This document shows, in pieces, positions 58,159 through 64,000 of a DNA stretch of 64,000 nt. A program made the position numbers and the translations under genes. The notes under the pieces are model-generated. The model worked only from the letters and a program-made list of their open reading frames with translations, was not told where the DNA came from and did not search any database. Source of the stretch: a phage; the sequence record PZ452612.1. The stretch is one strand, 5' to 3'. The first letter of the stretch is position 1; every line of letters begins with the position of its first letter.

Positions 58159-59738
58159 GTAATAACAATACATACCAACACGTTTCAAACGAATCCATTT
58201 ACGTTGAATTCGACCCTACGGGGTCGAATTTTCCAGATACAGTCACTAATGTCCAAGCCGCATTAGCTGCTATTTCTCCTTCAGGTGTTAATGGTGTACC
58301 GGAAGCAACAACTACTACACCAGGAATTATTCAAATAGCTACTCCACAAGAAGTTATTGATGGACTAGATAATAGTAAAGCTGTTACTCCGGCATCACTG
58401 AATGCTCGTCTACAATATCCTAATGCAACCGAAACTCAATATGGCTTAACTCGTTATGCTACTGAAGATGAAGCAGTAACAGGAACTATTGACGATGCAT
58501 CAATTACTCCGCTTAAATTGAATCAAAAAATAGACAATGTATTCCAGACAAAAGTGTCAACAGAAGCATCAAATGGTGTAATTAAAATTTCGACTTCTGC
58601 TGCGGCATTAGCCGGTTCTGACGATACGACGGCAATGACTCCGTTAAAAACGCAACAATTGGCAATTAAACTTATTTCGCAAATTGCTCCAAATAATAGT
58701 GACGCCACTGAATCTATTACCGGTGTTGTTCGTTTGGCTACAGTTGCTCAAGCGCAACAAGGCACCCTGCGTGAAGGCTATGCAATTTCACCTTATACCT
58801 TTATGAATTCAGTAGCATCAGAAACTAATAAAGGTGTCGTTAAACTAGGGACACAGACTGAAGTAAATAGTAACAACTCTTCAGTTGTAGTGACCGGCGC
58901 AACATTAAACGGGCGTGGGGCTACAACTTCTTTACGTGGAGTTGTTCGTTTAACTACACAAGCTGGTAGCCAATCAGGTGGTGATGGTTCTTCTGCCCTT
59001 GCTTGGAATGCTGATGTTATCCACCAACGAGGCGGACAAACTATTAATGGCACGCTTCGCATTAATAATACGTTGACTGTTGGTTCTGGTGGCGCTAATA
59101 TAACGGGTAATGTCAATATGACCGGTGGTTATATTCAAGGCAATCGTATTGTGACTCAAAATGAATTAGACCGAATTCTCCCAGTTGGCGCTATTACAAT
59201 GTGGGCTGCAGATAGTTTACCGAGTTCTGACTGGCGCTTCTGTCACGGTGGGACCGTTTCTGCTTCAGAATGTCCGGTATATGCTTCCAGAATTGGGACA
59301 CGATATGGCGGTAGTTCTTCTAACCCAGGCTTGCCTGATATGCGTGGATTATTTGTTCGCGGCTCAGGTCGTGGCTCTCACTTAACAAATCCAAATGTTA
59401 ATGGTAATGACCAGTTTGGTAAGCCTAGATTAGGTGTAGGTTGTACCGGTGGATATGTCGGTGAAGTGCAAAAACAACAGATGTCATATCATAAGCATGC
59501 TGGCGGTTTTGGTGAACATGATGATTCTGGAGCATTCGGTAATACCCGTAGATCAAATTTTGTTGGTACACGTAAAGGACTTGACTGGGATAACCGTTCA
59601 TACTTCACCAATGACGGATATGAAATTGACCCGGCATCACAACGAAATTCCAAATATACATTAAATCGTCCTGAATTAATTGGAAATGAAACACGTCCAT
59701 GGAACATTTCTTTAAACTATATCATTAAGGTAAAATAA
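58155..59738 (+). CDS. 12: Short tail fiber protein gp12
   Basis: 527 aa, same length as T4 gp12; repetitive Thr/Gly-rich fibre region and a C-terminal His/Cys-containing head domain. Confidence 0.9.
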   Translation: MSNNNTYQHVSNESIYVEFDPTGSNFPDTVTNVQAALAAISPSGVNGVPEATTTTPGIIQIATPQEVIDGLDNSKAVTPASLNARLQYPNATETQYGLTRYATEDEAVTGTIDDASITPLKLNQKIDNVFQTKVSTEASNGVIKISTSAAALAGSDDTTAMTPLKTQQLAIKLISQIAPNNSDATESITGVVRLATVAQAQQGTLREGYAISPYTFMNSVASETNKGVVKLGTQTEVNSNNSSVVVTGATLNGRGATTSLRGVVRLTTQAGSQSGGDGSSALAWNADVIHQRGGQTINGTLRINNTLTVGSGGANITGNVNMTGGYIQGNRIVTQNELDRILPVGAITMWAADSLPSSDWRFCHGGTVSASECPVYASRIGTRYGGSSSNPGLPDMRGLFVRGSGRGSHLTNPNVNGNDQFGKPRLGVGCTGGYVGEVQKQQMSYHKHAGGFGEHDDSGAFGNTRRSNFVGTRKGLDWDNRSYFTNDGYEIDPASQRNSKYTLNRPELIGNETRPWNISLNYIIKVK

Positions 59739-61186
59739 TGGCTGATATAACTCTGGTAGATTTACCATATGTTGACGGCCCGCCAGACGCGGGTCAGAGT
59801 CGTATTGAATGGATTAAAAACGATGAAGAAATAACAGGTGCTGACACAAAATACGGTTCTGAAGGTGTAATGAACCGTCCTATTGTTGAAGTTCAACGTA
59901 ACGTAGAAGCGTTAGATGTTAATATTAAAACTATAGCATCTTCTTTGAATACGGCCAATGAAGATATCAAAGCTATTCAAGGTATTTTAGATGTTTCTGG
60001 GGATGTTGATGCTCTTGCACAGATAGGCCAGAACACCCAAGATATTGATGTCATTAAAGTCACAGTTCAAACCCATGCTAGTGAATTGAATGATTTGAAT
60101 GAACATATTGATGCGAATACTGATGATATTGGTGTTTATAATCAGGAAAAAGATTCAGTTTATAGAACGGTTCGTAACGACCTGCTTTGGATTAAAAATG
60201 AATTAGGACAATATACTGGTCAAGATATTAATGGGGTTCCTACTCCAGGAAATGATAGCACTGGTATGAAACGCCGTATTATGACTAATAGCTCCGTAAT
60301 TGTTGACCACGGTGTTCGATTAACTGATCTAGAAACTAAATTTGCTGATTCTGACGTCGGCTCTTTAACTACTGAAGTCGAACACTTGCGCGAAGAAATG
60401 GGACCTCGCACTTCTTTCACTACTCCAGTGTTTAGTCGTCTTTCCAGTATTGATTTAACTTTGTCGCGTCAAAATGCTGACTTGGATGGCATTAAACAGT
60501 CTATTGGGTATCCTAATACGACTTCTATTATTACTACCACTAATGCAAATAGTTCAGCAATAAACGACATTAATCTTGAGCTCAATCAATCAGGTGGTAT
60601 TAAACCTCGTTTGACTACAGTAGAAACTGCCATTGGCGCTGATGATTTGCCTACTACAATCCAAGGACGTATTAAACTCAATACTGATGCTATCGGAGCA
60701 TTGAACACTGTTGTCGGCTCTGATTCTTCGTCAGGACTGCGTTTTAATGTGTCATGGTTAAATAACGTAGTTGGTGTTGACGCTTCAGGCGGAAAACCGG
60801 AACCAGACGGCTCTTTGCTTTATCGTACTCGAGAGCTTGAAGGAACTATCAGTGGGATGAGTAATGACATTCAGAACATTCAAACTGATGTTGGGACTAC
60901 TTCCACAGGAATTAAGGGTTCTGTAAACACATTAAATACTCTTATAAATGGCACCAACCCAAATGGTTCGACTGTTGAAGAACGCGGTATATTGCCTACA
61001 GTTAAAAGTCATGATACGACAATTAATGGTTTAACTTCTAGAATTGCTACTCTTGAAACTGACTTGGCCGCTGCAGAAGCTGAAATCCAAACTCTTAAGG
61101 ACGCTGGATATATTGAAGATGCTCCTTCAGACGGTAAATTCTATGTTCGCAAAGATGGTGCATGGGTTGAACTTCCTACAGCTTAA
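59738..61186 (+). CDS. wac: Fibritin (whisker antigen control) wac
   Basis: Long coiled-coil protein ending in a foldon-like GYIEDAPSDGKFYVRKDGAWVELPTA. Confidence 0.9.
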   Translation: MADITLVDLPYVDGPPDAGQSRIEWIKNDEEITGADTKYGSEGVMNRPIVEVQRNVEALDVNIKTIASSLNTANEDIKAIQGILDVSGDVDALAQIGQNTQDIDVIKVTVQTHASELNDLNEHIDANTDDIGVYNQEKDSVYRTVRNDLLWIKNELGQYTGQDINGVPTPGNDSTGMKRRIMTNSSVIVDHGVRLTDLETKFADSDVGSLTTEVEHLREEMGPRTSFTTPVFSRLSSIDLTLSRQNADLDGIKQSIGYPNTTSIITTTNANSSAINDINLELNQSGGIKPRLTTVETAIGADDLPTTIQGRIKLNTDAIGALNTVVGSDSSSGLRFNVSWLNNVVGVDASGGKPEPDGSLLYRTRELEGTISGMSNDIQNIQTDVGTTSTGIKGSVNTLNTLINGTNPNGSTVEERGILPTVKSHDTTINGLTSRIATLETDLAAAEAEIQTLKDAGYIEDAPSDGKFYVRKDGAWVELPTA

Positions 61187-61192
61187 TGAAAA

Positions 61193-61206
61193 GGGCCTTC
61201 GGGCCC
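61193..61206 (+). other. Stable hairpin GGGCC-UUCG-GGCCC between wac and gene 13
   Basis: Perfect 5-bp GC stem with UUCG tetraloop, 12 nt before the gene 13 ATG; no U-tract follows. Confidence 0.45.
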
Positions 61207-61218
61207 TAAAGGATTTAT

Positions 61219-62145
61219 ATGTCAGGTTATAATGCACAAAACCCTAAAGAATTAAAGGATGTAATATTACGTCGTTTAGGCGCTCCTATTGTAAATGTTG
61301 AATTAACTACGGACCAAATTTATGATTGTATTTCACGAGCGTTAGAACTTTATGGCGAATACCATTTTGACGGGTTGAATAAAGGTTTCCATGTATTTTT
61401 TGTTGATGACGAAGAAAAATACCGTCACGGCGTATTTGATATGCGTGGTTCTAATGTATTTGCCGTAACAAGAATTATAAGAACAAATGTTGGCTCTATT
61501 ACTTCAATGGATGGTAATGCAACTTATCCATGGTTCACCGATTTCCTTTTAGGAATGGCTGGTGTTTCAGGTGGTATGGGTAGTAATTGTGGTAAATTCT
61601 ACGGTCCGAACGCTTTTGGCGCTGACCTCGGGTATTATTCTCAATTAGTATCTTATATGGGTATGCTTCAAGATATGATTGCTCCTCTTCCAGATTTTTG
61701 GTTTAACTCTGCAAACGAGCAATTAAAAGTAATGGGTAACTTTAGACAAAAAGATGTCATTATCGTTGAATCGTATGTTCGCTCTTATATCGAGACCCAT
61801 AAGATGGTAGGAAATACAGTAGGGTACGGACAGGTCGGTCCTCGTGATTCATGGTCTATTTCTGAACGTTATGATAATCCAGACCATAATTTGGTCGGAC
61901 GTCGAGTTGGTGAAGATCCTGCAACTAAACAAGGCGCATATAACAACCGCTGGGTTAAAGATTATGCAACTGCATTAGCTAAAGAGCTTAATGGACAAAT
62001 TCTTGCTAAACATCAAGGTATGATGTTACCGGGTGGCGTCACTGTTGATGGTGTTCGATTAATTGAAGAAGCTCGTTTAGAGAAAGAAGCTTTACGAGAA
62101 GAGTTATATTTACTGGACCCTCCTGCAGGTATTTTGGTAGGTTAA
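61219..62145 (+). CDS. 13: Neck protein gp13
   Basis: 308 aa, syntenic after wac. Confidence 0.85.
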   Translation: MSGYNAQNPKELKDVILRRLGAPIVNVELTTDQIYDCISRALELYGEYHFDGLNKGFHVFFVDDEEKYRHGVFDMRGSNVFAVTRIIRTNVGSITSMDGNATYPWFTDFLLGMAGVSGGMGSNCGKFYGPNAFGADLGYYSQLVSYMGMLQDMIAPLPDFWFNSANEQLKVMGNFRQKDVIIVESYVRSYIETHKMVGNTVGYGQVGPRDSWSISERYDNPDHNLVGRRVGEDPATKQGAYNNRWVKDYATALAKELNGQILAKHQGMMLPGGVTVDGVRLIEEARLEKEALREELYLLDPPAGILVG

Positions 62146-62146
62146 T

Positions 62147-62911
62147 ATGGCAACTTATGATAAAAATCTTTTCGCCAAACTAGAAAATCGTGGTGGGTAT
62201 TCTAAAACTAATGAAACCGAGATTTTAAACAAATATGTGAATTTTAATAATTACGAGAATAGTCAGACATTAGCTGATGTTCTAGTGGCAGAAAGCATAC
62301 AGATGCGCGGTATTGAATGTTTTTATGTTCCACGTGAATATGTTGCCGTGGACCTTATCTTTGGTGAGGACCTTAAAAATAAATTTACTAAAGCATGGAA
62401 ATTTGCTGCATATCTGAACTCTTTTGAAGGTTATGAAGGAGCGAAATCGTTCTTCAGCAACTTCGGAATGCAAGTTCAAGACGAAGTTACATTATCTATT
62501 AACCCAGGTCTTTTCAAACACCAGGTCAACAATCAGGAGCCCAAGGAAGGTGATTTAATATACTTCCCAATGGACAACAGTTTGTTTGAGATTAACTGGG
62601 TTGAACCATATGACCCATTCTATCAAGTAGGTAAAAATGCGATTCGTAAAATTACTGCAGGCAAGTTTATTTACTCTGGCGAAGAAATCAATCCGGTGCT
62701 TCAGAAAAATGAAGGTATCAATATACCTGAATTTAGTGACTTGGAACTTAACCCTGTTAGAAATCTTGACGGTATCCATGACATTAATATCGATGAATAT
62801 TCTGAAGTTGAGCAAATCAATTCAGAGGCAAGTGAATACGTTGAGCCGTATGTAGTAGTTAACAACCGTGGTAGACAAAATTCACCATTTGACGATGGGT
62901 TTATGAATTAA
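62147..62911 (+). CDS. 14: Neck protein gp14
   Basis: 254 aa, syntenic. Confidence 0.85.
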   Translation: MATYDKNLFAKLENRGGYSKTNETEILNKYVNFNNYENSQTLADVLVAESIQMRGIECFYVPREYVAVDLIFGEDLKNKFTKAWKFAAYLNSFEGYEGAKSFFSNFGMQVQDEVTLSINPGLFKHQVNNQEPKEGDLIYFPMDNSLFEINWVEPYDPFYQVGKNAIRKITAGKFIYSGEEINPVLQKNEGINIPEFSDLELNPVRNLDGIHDINIDEYSEVEQINSEASEYVEPYVVVNNRGRQNSPFDDGFMN

Positions 62912-62963
62912 TAAATAGATAAGATAAAGCAAACACCGGTCGAAAGGCCGGTTAGGAGAAATG

Positions 62964-63785
62964 ATGTTTGGTTATTTTTACAACTCGTCGTTCAGGCGAT
63001 ATATCACAATGATGGGCGATTTGTTTTCAAATATCCAAGTTAACCGTCAATTGTCTACAGGCAATAAATTAATTAGAGTTCCTATCACGTATGCATCTAA
63101 AGAGCACTTTATGATGAAACTTAATAAATGGACCTCTATAAACTCACAAGAAGATGTGGCTAAAGTCGAAACTATCCTACCACGTATAAATCTCCAAATG
63201 GTAGATTTCGTTTATAACCCGACGTTTAAAACGAATATATTGAATAACTCTCTTTTGAGTAAATCGACTAAGGATATTGTAGACCAATACAACCCATCAC
63301 CAATTAAAATGATTTTTGAACTGAGCATCTTTACTCGTTATGAAGATGATATGTTCCAAATCGTTGAGCAAATTATTCCATATTTTCAGCCACATTTTAA
63401 TACGACTATGATTGAGCAATATGGGCAGGATATTCCATTTGAAAGGGATATTAAGGTCGTATGGATGGCTGCGGCAATGGATGAACAAATAGATGGTGAT
63501 AATTTATCCCGTAGACGTTTAGAGTGGTCATTAACATTTGAAGTAAATGGATGGATGTATCCTCCGGTAGGCGCAGCAGAAGGTCTTATTAAAACGACTT
63601 ATCTTGATTTTCATGCTAATGAACGAGACCTTCAAACAGCCGAAAGCGTTTTTGAATCAGTTGATACAGAAATTAAACCGAGAGACGTTGAAGTACAAGA
63701 TTGGAATGGTGAAGTTGAACAAACTTATACTCATGATATTCCAATTCCGACTCCACCAACCCCTCCTGGTCCTAGAAAACAATAA
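62964..63785 (+). CDS. 15: Tail sheath stabiliser / tail terminator gp15
   Basis: MFGYFYNSSFRRYITMMGDLFSNIQVNRQ... matches T4 gp15 as recalled. Confidence 0.9.
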   Translation: MFGYFYNSSFRRYITMMGDLFSNIQVNRQLSTGNKLIRVPITYASKEHFMMKLNKWTSINSQEDVAKVETILPRINLQMVDFVYNPTFKTNILNNSLLSKSTKDIVDQYNPSPIKMIFELSIFTRYEDDMFQIVEQIIPYFQPHFNTTMIEQYGQDIPFERDIKVVWMAAAMDEQIDGDNLSRRRLEWSLTFEVNGWMYPPVGAAEGLIKTTYLDFHANERDLQTAESVFESVDTEIKPRDVEVQDWNGEVEQTYTHDIPIPTPPTPPGPRKQ

Positions 63786-63794
63786 GAGGTAAAT

Positions 63795-64000
63795 ATGGAA
63801 GGTCTAGATATTAATAAGCTTTTAGATATCTCTGACCTCCCTGGAATATCTGGGGAGGAAGTAGAGGTATATGCTCCTTTACAATTGGTGGAAGTTCAAA
63901 GTAATCCTCAAAACCGCACCCCGGATTTGGAAGATGACTATAGCGTTGTTCGTAAGAATATGCACTTCCAACAACAAATGTTAATGGACGCTGCCAAGAT
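63795..64000 (+). CDS. 16: Terminase small subunit gp16 (partial, runs off the window end)
   Basis: [49 protein letters not shown]... matches the T4 gp16 N-terminus as recalled. Confidence 0.85.
   Translation, partial: MEGLDINKLLDISDLPGISGEEVEVYAPLQLVEVQSNPQNRTPDLEDDYSVVRKNMHFQQQMLMDAAK

Overview
This window is a T4-like (Tevenvirinae) myovirus genome segment; the DNA polymerase ORF matches, from memory, the RB69 gp43 sequence, so an RB69-type phage is likely. Positions 1-45490 are a minus-strand early/middle block in T4 order: 4, 2, 3, 1, 57A, 57B, internal proteins, nudE, e, denV, regB, tk, rI, nrdC, 49, nrdD, nrdG, nrdH, 55, 47, 46, rpbA, 45, 44, 62, regA, 43. Positions 45552-64000 are a plus-strand late block: 53, 5, 5.1, 5.4, 6-12, wac, 13-15 and the start of 16. 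The most interesting region is 1-4043, immediately downstream of gene 43: a SIS-domain sugar-phosphate isomerase, a nucleotidyltransferase-kinase fusion, a HAD-like phosphatase and a partial Cys-rich gene. Together with the absence of alpha-glucosyltransferase from its T4 slot between 47 and 55, this looks like a phage-encoded NDP-pentose (arabinose-type) donor pathway for non-glucose hydroxymethylcytosine DNA modification. Other candidates are a macro-domain protein, a nucleotidyltransferase-fold protein, an Acb1-like 2H phosphoesterase, a host-like GrcA, a family of palindromic GATAGGNCTA elements at early promoters, and a frameshifted duplicate small gene. No tRNA, rRNA, CRISPR array or transposase was found. 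All assignments rest on reading the supplied translations and sequence by eye; no database search was run.
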